A DNA stretch of 32,000 nt from Zygophlyctis sp. KS116 (taxonomy: Eukaryota > Fungi > Chytridiomycota). Shown piece after piece: positions 11,577 through 26,137 of the stretch. Both the position numbers and the translations under genes were made by a program. The notes below the pieces were generated by a model. The model saw only the letters and a program-made list of their open reading frames with translations. It had not been told where the DNA came from and did not search any database. Location: positions 1 to 32,000 of the forward strand of contig BAAFSQ010000034.1 of assembly GCA_054661495.1 (NCBI GenBank). The letters are read 5' to 3'. Positions within the stretch are counted from its first letter, which is position 1; every line of letters begins with the position of its first letter.

Positions 11577-12184
11577 CTTTTTGAATTTCCCGAATCTAAT
11601 GATGATCCGGAGAGTTTAAGAATTACAGTATCAATCTATAATTCTTTATAAAATTAAAAAAATACACTTGTCCACCAAGGAGTTTCTATTCTTGTATATT
11701 TGAGAGCTCTAAATATATTTTTAAAAGGTTTACCAATCCCATGTAAATGTAAATGATGTATAGAATTGAATGGTGGAAGATGAAATCCCATTCTACTAGA
11801 TTCCAAATCAACCGACTGATTTTTAAATATTTCTATTGCAATTTCCTTTATTCTTTTTACCATTATTCCATGATTTTCTGATAATTCTACTACTGTTCCC
11901 AAATGTTGCCTTGGAATTACCAAGAAATGTAAAAATGCTGAAGGATTAATGTCTCTAAATGCCAAATATTCATCATCAGAGTATAATATATCTCGAGATT
12001 CTATATTATGCAGAGTTTTACAAAATACACAAGATTCCTGATTTTTATTAGTAGTATGAGGAGGACAAATCATTGGGATTGAAAACCCGATGCAAAATAA
12101 ATCTTTAATAATGAGAATATCAGACGATAGATTCTGGTAGACTATTATCAAAAGACATGGTAACAAAAAGTATCTTGCAATCAT
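11573..12184 (-). CDS. Histidine triad nucleotide-binding protein (HINT3-like); start at 12184 or 12073
   Basis: CVFC, AFRDINPSAFLHFLVIPRQH and MGFHLPPFNSIHHLHLH motifs. Predicted intron 11636-11665 adds [20 protein letters not shown], with the stop at 11573-11575. Confidence 0.85.
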
Positions 12185-12287
12185 ACTTCTTGGATCTAAT
12201 TCTAGAGTTGTCCGGAAATATTACAAGTGACGATACGACGATGCCTTGATAGTCAAGAAAGAAAACTCAAAATTGGAATTTATTATA

Positions 12288-12338
12288 AAATTATAACTGG
12301 AAATTATAACTGGAAATTCTAGAATTCTAGAATTCTAA
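12288..12338. repeat. Micro-tandem repeats (aaattataactgg)x2 + (aattctag)x3 in the divergent HINT3/RPL17 intergenic region
   Basis: Read directly from the sequence. Confidence 0.85.
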
Positions 12339-12472
12339 AATCACAAGAAGAGACAAAAACATAAGGTTAAACATCAAGGTTAGACTAAACCTAAAACTGA
12401 GACTGAAACTTGTAAAAGGCAGACCAAACATAGGGGCCAGGGTGCGTGTGGCAAAAGAAAAAAAAAGAAACA

Positions 12473-13006
12473 ATGACTCGCTATTCTAAACCAGAACCAT
12501 CTTCTAAATGTGTAAAGGCAAAAGGATCTTATCTCAGAGTGCACTTTAAAAATACTCGTGAAGCTGCAATGGCAATCGCTGGAATGAAGTTGAACAAGGC
12601 ATTGGCTTATTTGGGAGATGTCAAGGAATTCAAAAGAGCTATTCCTTTCAGAAGATTCAATGGTGGTGTAGGAAGAACTTGTCAGGCTTCTCCTTTCAAG
12701 GTCACACAAGGAAGATGGCCGGTGAAATCTGTCGAATTCTTGACTGGACTATTGAAAAATGCTTCATCTAATGCAGAAGCTAAAGGTCTTTCTCTAGATA
12801 ATCTGATCATTCGTCATATTCAGGTCAATCAGGCTCCAAAGCAAAGACGAAGAACTTTTAGAGCTCATGGAAGAATTGGTCCTTATATGTCTTCTCCTTG
12901 TCATATTGAATTGATGTTGGTAGAGGAAGAGGCTCAGGTTCAAAAGGAAAATATGGGACCAGTAAAGATGAGTAGAAAGAGATTACTAAGATCAAAACGT
13001 GCTTAA
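12473..13006 (+). CDS. RPL17: 60S ribosomal protein L17 (uL22)
   Basis: MTRYS...[15 protein letters not shown]...QGRWPVKS...[21 protein letters not shown]; real ATG at 12473; intronless. Confidence 0.97.
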   Translation: MTRYSKPEPSSKCVKAKGSYLRVHFKNTREAAMAIAGMKLNKALAYLGDVKEFKRAIPFRRFNGGVGRTCQASPFKVTQGRWPVKSVEFLTGLLKNASSNAEAKGLSLDNLIIRHIQVNQAPKQRRRTFRAHGRIGPYMSSPCHIELMLVEEEAQVQKENMGPVKMSRKRLLRSKRA

Positions 13007-13057
13007 AAAATGATCTTTTAACTAACTCTTTTTTTTTTTAAAAAAATCTTGAAAATC

Positions 13058-15536
<2,479 letters not shown>

Positions 15537-15554
15537 TGCAATAAAAGTTTCTTT

Positions 15555-17633
15555 TTAAAAAGATTTTCCCAAACCTGAAAATTCATTTTCTCCACTTGTT
15601 TTACTCCAATTATTTCTTTTATCTCCTGAATTGGATGGTCTTCTATCTCCTGCATTGAATGGTCTTCTTTCTCCTGCATTGAATGGTCTTCTTTCTCCTG
15701 CATCACCAGATCTTTTTTCTGAATTGCCAGAGCCTGCATTCCAACTTGCACCCGACCCACCGAATCCACTTGAGCGATTTCCACTTGACCCACCGAATCC
15801 ACTTGAGCGATTTCCACTTGACCCACCGAATCCACTTGAGCGATTTCCACCCGACCCACCGAATCCATTTGAACGATATCCACTGGATCCACCGAATCCA
15901 TTTGAGCGATTTCCACTTGATCCAGAGAAACTATTTGAGCGATTTCCACTGGAGCGATAGCCACCAGATTCACTAGCACCACTTGAACGGAATTTTCCAT
16001 CATTATTACCACGATCCAAACTATCTCTGTATTGAGAATACAAAGAAGATGACTGGTTTCTTCTAAAAGGCTTTCCACCAGATCCTAATCTAGCCAGTAT
16101 TGAAGATGGCATTTGAGGTGCTTGTTCAAGTCCTAAAAGTCCAACGGCTATTTCACGTCCAGCTGCTTGTAGACTCTCTCTTGTATATTTCATATTAGAT
16201 CCACTTATTAAATAATTCAACATTGCATAATAGCAACCATTTAATTGCTCTATACTATTTTTAGCCAAGATGTCTTTAAATTTAGTCTTGATTTCAGCCT
16301 CAGGTTCAGCTTCAAATCGATAGTCTTGTTTAATTGGGATTCCAGAAATTTGCTTTAAAAATTGTTCTTCAAAAGGAGATAACAATAAAATCCCTTCACC
16401 TTCTTTTCCTGCTCTTCCAGTTCTTCCAACACGATGAATATAAGAATCTCTATTAGAAGGAGCTCCCATTTGAATCACAAGAGTAACTCCAGGATAATCT
16501 ACTCCACGTGCAGAAACATCAGTAGTAAACATTATAGATGATGTTGATTTTCTAAATCTATCAGCTTGTCTTTCTCTTTGACCTTGACTTAATTGAGAAT
16601 GCATTTCTATTATATCAATTCCAGGTAATTTTGAAAATATATCAGACATAAAAGAAACCAATTTTGTTGTGGGAAAGAAAACAATAATTTTACCTCCCTT
16701 CAATTCATGCATATGATGTCTTAAAATTTGATGTAACAATACAATTTGCTTTGAATAAGAACAAACCATATAAGTTTGCTTAATCTTCAAATGAGTAGGT
16801 TCTTCATTTTCTGGAACTGTATCAACAAATTTATGACCTGGAAGCAATAAGTTTTGTGCAACTGTTTGAACATCTTTAGAAATTGTAGCAGAAAACATAA
16901 AAGTTTGCTTCTTTTTTGGTAAATATGATGCAATTTGCATAATATCTTCTCTAAATCCCATTTCCAGTAACCGATCTGCTTCGTCCAAAATCATCTAAAT
17001 ATTTAGAAATCTAAAACTTTTTACAGTATCTAATTTTTCCACCTTTTTTCTTGCACTATCAGAGGAACTTAGAATATCCATAAGTCTACCAGGAGTTGCA
17101 ACCAACAAATCCACTCTTTGTTTATCAAACATTCTTAAACTTGCATTTCTACTTGTACCTCCTACAGCAACACCTACTCTATAGCGATGAGATAATAGAA
17201 GTCTTCGAGCTTCTTCTGCAATTTGCAATGCTAATTCCCTAGTGGGAGAAATGATCATGATTGGAATTTCATTTCCATTCAAAGCTTGACCTTGTCTTCT
17301 TGCTAATGCTGATTCCAATGCAGCAATCAAAAAAGCCAAAGTTTTACCTGTTCCAGTTTTTGCTCTGACCAACAGATCGAAATCAGCCGGCAAAAGCTCT
17401 AATACTTTTTGTTGTACTTGAGTCATTTCCTTGTACTTGAATTCCTCATCAAGTGCATTTATAGTTTTACTGCTAATCATTTTAATAGAATCAAAAGTCT
17501 TTGCATCAGTTGAATAAAACTTTTTCAATGATGACGAACAATGCATAGAGACCAATGCATTCTTGCCATGGATCAGACTAGACTTTGTAAATGCAAATCT
17601 AAACATTTTTTTAAGTCTGTGGACAAGGGTCAT
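15555..17633 (-). CDS. Mitochondrial DEAD-box RNA helicase, MSS116/CYT-19-like; start at 17633 or 17606
   Basis: RAKTGTGKTLAF, SPTRELA, LDEADRLL, FSAT, TDVSARGVDYPGVT and YIHRVGRTGRAG motifs; MFRFAFTKSS presequence-like N-terminus; intron 16995-17024; Gly/Ser/Arg-rich tail. Confidence 0.88.
15622..15958. repeat. Coding tandem repeats in the helicase tail: 24-bp unit (AGERRPFN) about x3 and 33-bp unit (GNRSSGFGGSS) about x6
   Basis: ccaccgaatccacttgagcgatttccacttgac repeats from about 15757; tctcctgcattgaatggtcttctt repeats at about 15622-15702. Confidence 0.9.
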
Positions 17634-17652
17634 ACAATTTTATTAAAAACCT

Positions 17653-17980
17653 TTACCAGACGCTCTTTTTGACTCCTGGAATCATTCCTTAATCTTAGAC
17701 TGTAAAATTTACCTGCTAATGCTCGTTCTCTAAATACCATGTAATTCATTTTAAATCCACCTAAAACTCCCCTTGCTTTTCCATTTACAATGCATCGGTT
17801 TCTAACAGATGAAGGTCTAGCATAGCTAGGAAATCTTTGTAGGGCTTTTTGTACTTCCATTCGGGTTTCAAAAGGTAATGATGGATTTTTAGTAATAAGT
17901 TTAAGCGCTTGATAATCTACTTGAGTTTGAGAAATGGCTAGTCGTCGAAGTTTGTCTCGAAGAATGACAGATAATGGCAT
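17653..17980 (-). CDS. MRP2: Mitochondrial ribosomal protein uS14m
   Basis: RPSSVRNRCIVNGKARGVLGGFKMNYMVFRERALAG; intron 17688-17712 gives the canonical end GMIPGVKKSVW*. Confidence 0.9.
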
Positions 17981-18038
17981 TACAATTTGCTGAAAAAATT
18001 TCTTGAATAAACCTAACCAGTCAGAGTCAAATAATCAT

Positions 18039-19673
18039 TTATAGACTTTCAACTTGAGCTGAGAAAGAATCAAGGAGTCGTAGAAATTCCTCCTTTCTAT
18101 AATTATGCTCTTCAAAGATTGCATCATTATGTAAATCGAAAAATGATAAATTTATAGGTTTAGGTCCAAATCTAGAATCCCTTTCAGAAGATCCATGACT
18201 AAATCGATCATTCTTGCTCATTTTCTTGGATGACCATGAAATTCTAGTACTTTCAGAATTTCTAGAATGTTCAAATGAATTAAAATGATATAGTCGTGAT
18301 TCAGAGGATACAGAATTTGTTTTGGAAGAAGGAGATAGTCCGACTGGATAACTAGAAGTTCTTTTATGTTTTTTGCTGGATTCATCTCTTAATGAGCTAG
18401 GTAGAAGAGAATTTGCAGAATCAATCATGGCATCCCAATCAATCACTCTTGGGCTAGAAGGATTTGATTTGCTATCTGAAATCTTTAGTGCTTTTAGAGT
18501 TTCATGATCTATATCTGAATGTGTTTCCTGTTGTATGTCTTGAGATTCAGGTTCATTTTTTTGACTAGATATCCATCCAATCTCCAATTCTGTATTATCA
18601 GTGGTTATTGTACTGATATATTCAGAAGGAACACGAGATCTTCCCTTTATTGTTGAATTTTTTTGTGAAGACGCTATAGAATCAAATATCCAACCATCTT
18701 CTTCTGAAATTTGAATTGATTCATTTTCATTATCTTCATAAGATTCTTCTTTACCATACTTGTCTTTCCATACCTTGTAATTTACCAATAATTCAACAAG
18801 TGGTGATCTAGATGTAGGAGAATTCTTGATAAATCTTGTTTTTAACAACTCTTCTGCAGTTGGTCTCTTAAATCTAAGTTTTTTTTAAAAATTACATCAT
18901 TAGGATCTTCCTGTAAACATAATGCAACAAATTCTTTTAATGCAATTGAAAAATCACCATCCAGTCTTGCAGGTTTTGAATTAGCAATTAATAGAATTGC
19001 TTTTCTAGGATCATGATTAGAAAAAGGTGGATTTCCTGTAGCTAATTCTATCACTGTAATTCCTAAAGACCAAATATCTGTTTTATAATCATAATTAGAT
19101 CTCTTTATAATCTCTGGAGAAATCCAATATGGTGTACCTACAAAAGAATTTCTTCTAGAAATACTTTTAGACATTTGACCAGCAACACCAAAATCACATA
19201 ATTTTACAAATCCATCCAAAGTCAATAGAATATTAGCTAAATTTGAATTATAAATTTTAGAAATTACCCGCCTTAATATCTCTATGAATTACAGATGCAC
19301 TTTTATGCAAATAAACCAATGCCTCTAGCACCTGCCTGCAAATCACACCAATCGCAGATTCTGTTAAAGGTCCGGATTTTAAAATTGAGCGTAAACTTCC
19401 TCCTCCGGCATAATCAATAATAATCCATAATTTAGAACCACAAAGAAACGCACCATGATATCGTGTTATATTTTCGGAATCACATCTTGAAAGAATTGAA
19501 ATTTCCTTTGTAATATCTCCCAAATCGTCATCATCAATATCCAAATCCAAAATTTTAATGGCAACATCTTTACCAGTTGCAATTTCTACTCCATGAAAAA
19601 CCTCTCCAAATGAACCTCTCCCAAGCCGTTCTAGCTTAATATACATTTCATCTGCTCGTGGCCCATTTGACAT
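18039..19673 (-). CDS. Ste20-family GCK kinase, Kic1/Nak1-like
   Basis: LGRGSFGEV, VAIK, HRDIKAANIL, CDFGVAG, SFVGTPYW and GNPP...SKPARL motifs. Introns 19237-19267 and 18867-18895. Confidence 0.9.
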
Positions 19674-19739
19674 TTAGAGACTAGGTTCGCGCCGCGCGTT
19701 TTGTCACGAACCTCAGCCTAAAGTTGCCGCTTTCTCGTC
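19674..19739. promoter_or_regulatory. 66-bp GC-rich bidirectional promoter (kinase / myosin V)
   Basis: The only spacer between divergent ATGs; contains ttcgcgccgcgcgtttt, cacgaa and gcctaaa in an otherwise AT-rich background. Confidence 0.6.
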
Positions 19740-22700
19740 ATGTCAAACGATATCAAATCATTAGATATATATACTAAAGGAACAAGGGCATGGTTTCCCG
19801 ATGAAAAGAATGGATGGGTAATTGGAATTCTTTCTTCAATTGAAAAGACTAATGCAAATGTTAAAATGAATTTTGAAGTCAAGGATTCGGTAAATCTTTT
19901 AAATTATTAATCTTAGACTATAACATATGAAAAATCAATAGATGAATTGATCAAAACGAAATTTTCAAGTCTGCCGCCACTTGATAATCCGCCGATTTTA
20001 GTAGGTGTAGATGATTTGGCTACATTGTCTTATTTACATGAACCTGCCGTTCTAAATACTATAAGACATCGGTATTCGCAAGAATCAATTTATACTTATT
20101 CTGGAATTGTATTGGTCGCGATGAATCCTTTTTATAAAGTACCTCTGTATTCACAAGATATCATGAGAGAATATTCAGGGAAAAGTAGGGGAGAGTTGGA
20201 TCCGCATTTGGTAAACGATTTTACTCTTTTTTTCTAATTATATAGTTTGCTGTTGCTGAAGATGCTTATAGAAATATGATTAGTGGGAAAAATCAGTCAA
20301 TTATTGTTTCAGGTGAGTCTGGAGCGGGTAAAACAATGTCTGCAAAGTATATTATGAGATATTTTGCAACAATTGCTGATTTAGAAAAGACTGATGATGC
20401 TATTAATTCGCCAGTAGATGGATCAAGTATAAATGTGGAAGATGCAGTTTTGTCTACAAATCCAATCATGGAAGTAATATTCTTTAAAAGTGATTTTTAG
20501 GCTTTTGGAAATGCAAAAACTACAAGGAATGACAATAGTTCGAGATTTGGAAAGTATATTGAAATTATTTTTAGAAAGTCTGGTTCTTCAGTCAAAATTG
20601 CTGGCGCTAAAATCAGGACTTATCTTTTGGAGAGATCTAGGTTGATTTATCAGCCGCCAATAGAAAGAAATTATCATATTTTTTATCAGTTATGTGCTGG
20701 TGCGCCGGCGGCTGAAAAGACATCATTGTTTTTAGATTCTTGGGATACTTTCTTTTATCTAAATCGTGGAGAGACGGGGGAAATCAATGGGGTTGATGAT
20801 GCACAAGATTTTATCCAAACACAAAAAGCTTTATCTGTTATTGGAATTTCAGTATCAAGCCAATGGTATCCATATTTTTTATGATTTATAGGGATATATT
20901 CAAAGTTTGTGCTGCTGTATTACAAATAGGAAACATTCAAGTCGCTGGATCGAGAGATGAGGCATCAATCTCTGATAGTGACACTGCATTAAATAATGCA
21001 TGTCAGCTTTTAGGAGTAGACAAATCCTCATTCAAAAAATGGATCTTAAAGAAGCAGATTGTCACTCGATCTGAAAAGATCACGACGGCGTTAAATGTTA
21101 CTCAGGCATTAGTTGCAAGAGACTCCGTGGCAAAATTCATTTATAGTGCTTTATTTGATTGGATTGTTATGATTACAAACACAAAATTGGTTGATGGCAA
21201 GTCTTCAGGAAAAGTCGAGTCTTTTATAGGTGTTCTTGACATATATGGATTTGAACATTTTAAGACGAATTCTTTTGAACAATTTTGCATTGTATGATAT
21301 CAAAATTAAAATTTTTAGAACTATGCCAATGAAAAGCTACAACAGGAGTTCAATAGGCATGTTTTCAAACTGGAACAGGAGGAATATGTAGCAGAAGAGA
21401 TTAATTGGGTATATTTTGTTATTAACCTTTCAGTCATTCATTGACTTTGCTGATAATCAACCCTGTATTGATATGATTGAGGGCAAATTAGGAATTATGG
21501 ATTTATTGGATGAAGAATCAAGACTGCCATCTGGGGCTGATGGTTCATATATTTCTAAATTGTACCAGAGATTTTCAAAGGACAAGTTTTTTGCCAAACC
21601 AAGATTTGGTCAAACGGCCTTCACAGTCAAACATTACGCATGTGATGTAACTTATGAGGTTGAGGGATTTATAGAAAAAAACAAAGACACTGTTGCTGAA
21701 GAGCAGCTTTCAGTATTACAATCTAGTTCGATTCCTTTCATCGTGGATATCTCGAAAATAGAAGGAAAAATAGCACCTAAAGAAAGCCCAAGTGCAACTA
21801 GTCGTCCAGCACCAAACAGATCATCAATAGTCAAAAAGCCGACCTTGGGATCGATATTCAAAGAATCGTTGATTTCACTAATGTATACAATTCATGAAAC
21901 AGAAGTTAAATATATCAGATGTATCAAACCGAATGAAGCAAAAGTCGCCTTCTCTTTTGAAGCACCTATGGTTCTCGGCCAACTTCGAGCGTGTGGAGTT
22001 TTAGAAACTATTCGAATTAGCAATGCTGGATATCCATCTCGGTATATTTTTAGCGATTTCGCTTCTCGTTATTATCTTCTTGTAAATTCTAAACACTGGA
22101 AGAAAGATGGAAAAGCACTCACAATAGAGATAGTGAAACAAACGATTAAAGCGGAGGACAAACATCAAGTAGGAAAAACAAAGATATTCTTCAGAGCGGG
22201 ACAGGTTTTATTTCGTATTTACTTAAAAATAGTTAGCATATTTAGAAAAGTTGCGAACAGAGCAACTTAGACAGTGTGTAGTATTGATACAAAAGAATTT
22301 TAGACGATTCATGTATAGGAAAAGGTTCCTTAAAACTCGGGCGGCTGTAATCACTCTCCAAAAGAGCCTAAAAGCGTGGCTGTATCGGACAAAATATCGT
22401 AGACAAATGGAAATTGAAAGAGCGGCAACTAAAATTCAAAGCTGTATGTTTAATATTTTGATGATATAGTTTTTCGCATGGTCAAAGCAAGAAAAGCGTA
22501 TATGGAAATACGATACTTATCCTCCGTTATTAAAATCCAAAGTGCATATCGAGGATATTTGGCTCGAAGAGATAAAATCCGGAGAAATCGTAAAATTGCT
22601 CTTATTCAGGGATTGTGGCGTAGAAAAAAGGCTATCATACTTTTCAAAGAGCTCAAGGTTGAAGCTAAATCAGTTGGTAAATTACAAGAGACTAATTATG

Positions 22701-24534
22701 CTCTTGAAAATAAAGTGATAAACTTGTCACAAGATCTTCAGAAAAAAAATAAAGAGCGAAAAGAATTGTTAGAAAAATTCAGTCAGATGGAAAGCCAGCT
22801 ATCGCAATTTAAAGAGAAAGTCAAAAAAATGGAAATCTCGCGAAAATCAGTTTCTGCCGAAACCGCAATGGGGCAATTGGAGCTCAAAAAGCAGGTAGCA
22901 TTATTCAAAGAAATGGCAGAGGAATCGAAGAATGCAAATAAGGAGTTAACTGCGCTACTCAAAGAAAAAGATAGAAAGATTGATGAGTTAGAGGGTATGA
23001 TTTCCAAAGATAATTCTAAACTGGCACTACGTCTATCTATCAGCCCAACTAATCAATCAGATCAAGTATTAAGCCTCCAAAAAGAAGTTGCTGGTTTGAA
23101 AGAAGAAATTGCACGGTTGCTGAGCAGCAAGTACAAAGCGGACTCTCTTTCAGAATCTAGGAAAAGTGAGGCAGACAAGTCTCTTGTATCTCCTCGCTCA
23201 AAGCAAGTATTTGCCATGTCTTCATCCCCGTACATGTCAGGAGGTGGCGCTGTAGACGCAAAACCTGAAATTAAAGTAATTAATTGTTTTATAACGTATA
23301 GAGAATAGTTCGTACTCTTACAGCTGTCGAGGTCCAAGACGAAATCTTAGAAGTGTTAATAACTAGCCTCCGGATACCTCTCCCCAACACTCAGCACACA
23401 GCCTCTTTGACTGATATAGTTTTCCCTTCACATCTTATTGGATTCGTAGCTGTTAAGCAAGTTGGATCAAATATATCTGGGCATATGGTCCATATGATGG
23501 GCAATACCATGAAACAAATTCAAGATTTTACTGCGAAATTTGAAGATGATTATGTATCTTCATTCTGGCTCTCCAATGTCAACCAACTTCTCTGCATTTT
23601 TATTACCGTGATTGAGACTGATATACCTGTGATCGGAAGGTGTAGACTACCTCCGATTCAGAGAAATACTGAAAATATTGCTGCATTAGACAAAATCAAG
23701 AAAGAGTTGGGAATTTTGAGAACTCGCTTATATCAGGGCTGGATGAAGGAGCTGAAGAAGCGTGTTTCCAATATGATAGTTCCCGCATTGATAGAAAACC
23801 AATCTCTTCCTGGATATATTTGCGATCAGTCTGGTGGAATATGGAGCTCATTAGCTAAAACTATAGGCTCAGTCTCCATTACAATTGACCAATTGGTCAA
23901 TTTTCTTTCGAAGTTAGATACAACAATGAAATGGTATCAAATTGATGAGCGACTCACTCGTCAAATATTAACTGAGCTTATTAGATTTATGGGAGCTAGT
24001 GCATTTAATCATTTGATTTTAAGAAAGAACTTTTGCACTTGGAAACGTGGAGTTCAAATTCAGTACAATGTCTCGCGACTGGAAGAATTTTGTACAAACC
24101 AAGGAATCGCAGAAGGTAAATTTTACTAATTCTTATTATAGCCACATTACATTTGCAGCAGCTTTTACAGGCTGCAAAGGTCTTGACACTAAACAAAACA
24201 TCTGCCGCTGAGATTGAAACTATATTTGATGTCTGCTTCCTCCTCAACCCATCTCAGATACAAAAGCTTCTTACAGTCTACTATGCTGCTGACTTTGATT
24301 CACCTGTAATTTTAAACAACTAAAAACTAGATGTCTACGGATTTACTGAAAATAGTTTCAAAGCGTGCCAAGTTGAATGAAAAATCTGACAGCATTACCC
24401 TGGATCTTGATATTGGTCCGGATATGCCCATTCCCATGGCAGATTCCATGAATGAAATCAATCCATTTATTCCCAGTTGGATGGAATTACCATATTTACA
24501 AGCCATACTCTCTGAAACCATGACTACAGAATAA
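19740..24534 (+). CDS. MYO2: Class V myosin (Myo2-like) with IQ neck, coiled coil and DIL domain
   Basis: [68 protein letters not shown] and the DIL motif [28 protein letters not shown]. Eleven introns: 19890-19916, 20211-20245, 20474-20500, 20866-20891, 21292-21318, 21409-21433, 22205-22232, 22444-22469, 23276-23301, 24116-24141, 24306-24330. Confidence 0.95.
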
Positions 24535-24567
24535 GCTTTTAAGATTTAAATTTTTTCTTTCTAATAA

Positions 24568-25282
24568 ATGCTACAATCTTTGAGAAACTCTGAGCTATCC
24601 AATCCTGTCTCCAACAGTAAAACTTACAAATCCAATCAAAGATCTCACGTAGACAAGTCTACTGCTCTTTTAGATAAATCAAATGCACAGATTTTGCAGG
24701 AGCGTAAAATTGAAAAGATTCCAGATTCTGTCCGAAAGAGAAAATTACATAAAGCTCGTAAACTGTTTGTTCATTCAAAGACTGAAAAGAATCAATCGGA
24801 TGAGCATGAGCATTCTATTACTGAAAATAAGGAGTTTGATGAGCTGGATTTGATCCTGATGGACATACACAAAGCAAATGTAGACAATTGTATCATAACA
24901 ATGTTAGGAAATTCGTCTTCATGGACTCAATACTGTCTCTGATACCAAGATCGTGTCTGATATCAAGGGATCGGTTGGACATGTTGAAATCAATGATTTG
25001 CCTCACAATTGTAATGGATCAAAGGAATCAATTGAAATTGCTCACATTATAAAGGGACCAAATCATATTTCTCCTCAAACTGCTAAATGCGATCCAATTG
25101 TTACAGTTGATGATTTTCTCGTACAAAAAGACTCTGAAGATCAGTCGCTCGGCTTGGAATCTCAGGATGATTTGTTGAATGGAGTTGGTGAATTCGTTTG
25201 CATGGGAAAGTCAAAGCAAAAAATGGAATTTTCAAGTAGAATAAAGTTTACAAGGAAATTCATTAATGGTAAAAAGAAATAA
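24568..25282 (+). CDS. Hypothetical hydrophilic protein, about 228 aa
   Basis: ORFs 24568-24942 and 24953-25282 join in frame via a 28-nt GT-AG intron at 24880-24907; no recognised domain. Confidence 0.6.
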
Positions 25283-25625
25283 AATGTAAAAATATTGCTA
25301 TCCGAATGGCCCTATTAAACATTTAATAAAGCAAAGTGAAGGATATCATTTGATCTGATCTTCAATGTTGGTAGAAACAATATTCTAAATTGATCACCAG
25401 GCAAGATGAAGAAAATATTAGACCCTCCCCTGCACTCCAGCCATTGATGGCGCTTCCAATCTGATTGATTCGGACATCCCTTTGAAAATACATAATTGTC
25501 CCTGGACAAGGCATACTTGATACTTAAGTTTTATGTCCGAAAGTCAATTCGACAAGGTATTATTATCGGACATTTCATTTTGACACATTCTATAAATAGT
25601 CAGTGGCGGTTCTTCTAAACTTTAA

Positions 25626-25988
25626 ATGTATCCCGAACTCTGGGAAGTACATGCTGATTTTATGTTGAGGTTTTTGCTTGTTTACCATGCCGGTCCTTTT
25701 GGTATGTTTCTGGCCCACTATTTCTCTCCCCGAGCACCTAAGAAAGAATTGCAACAGCTTGGTGGCAAAGTTGATAGAACCATAGAAGATTTATATTCTA
25801 AACTTGATCAATCAAATGCCGAAAATGCTAAACTGATGAAATTGATTAGAGCAAACCAAAGAATATTTACTGAACTGAAGAACTCTCAAATTACTCTTAC
25901 TCAAAACTATGAAAGTCTGAAAAGGGAAATAGACCAAATTAAATTGAAAATGAATTCTGTTGGGACTCCTTCTACTACAATAGCTTAA
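25626..25988 (+). CDS. Hypothetical protein with a hydrophobic N-terminal segment and coiled coil; intronless
   Basis: 120-aa ORF with heptad periodicity; TATAAATA at 25591 upstream. Confidence 0.55.
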   Translation: MYPELWEVHADFMLRFLLVYHAGPFGMFLAHYFSPRAPKKELQQLGGKVDRTIEDLYSKLDQSNAENAKLMKLIRANQRIFTELKNSQITLTQNYESLKREIDQIKLKMNSVGTPSTTIA

Positions 25989-26137
25989 GATTATCATATT
26001 TTAAGAAACAAACATTTGCAATATAATTTCATTTCTACTTAATTCCAAGATATCGTACGTTAACTCTTGAGGGTGTGTTCGGACAACTTAACATTTTGGA
26101 TACATTATATTACAATACTTCCGACGCCTAAATTACA

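Noticed and set aside
17990-18000. ttttttcag upstream of the MRP2 ATG, resembling a nematode trans-splice acceptor
   Set aside because: Not consistently present before other downstream genes (CUL1, 24568, 9004); insufficient evidence for SL trans-splicing.
25315-25509. 64-aa minus-strand ORF and a plus-strand IDGASN string resembling an hAT transposase motif
   Set aside because: Short, bounded by stops, with no other transposase motifs.
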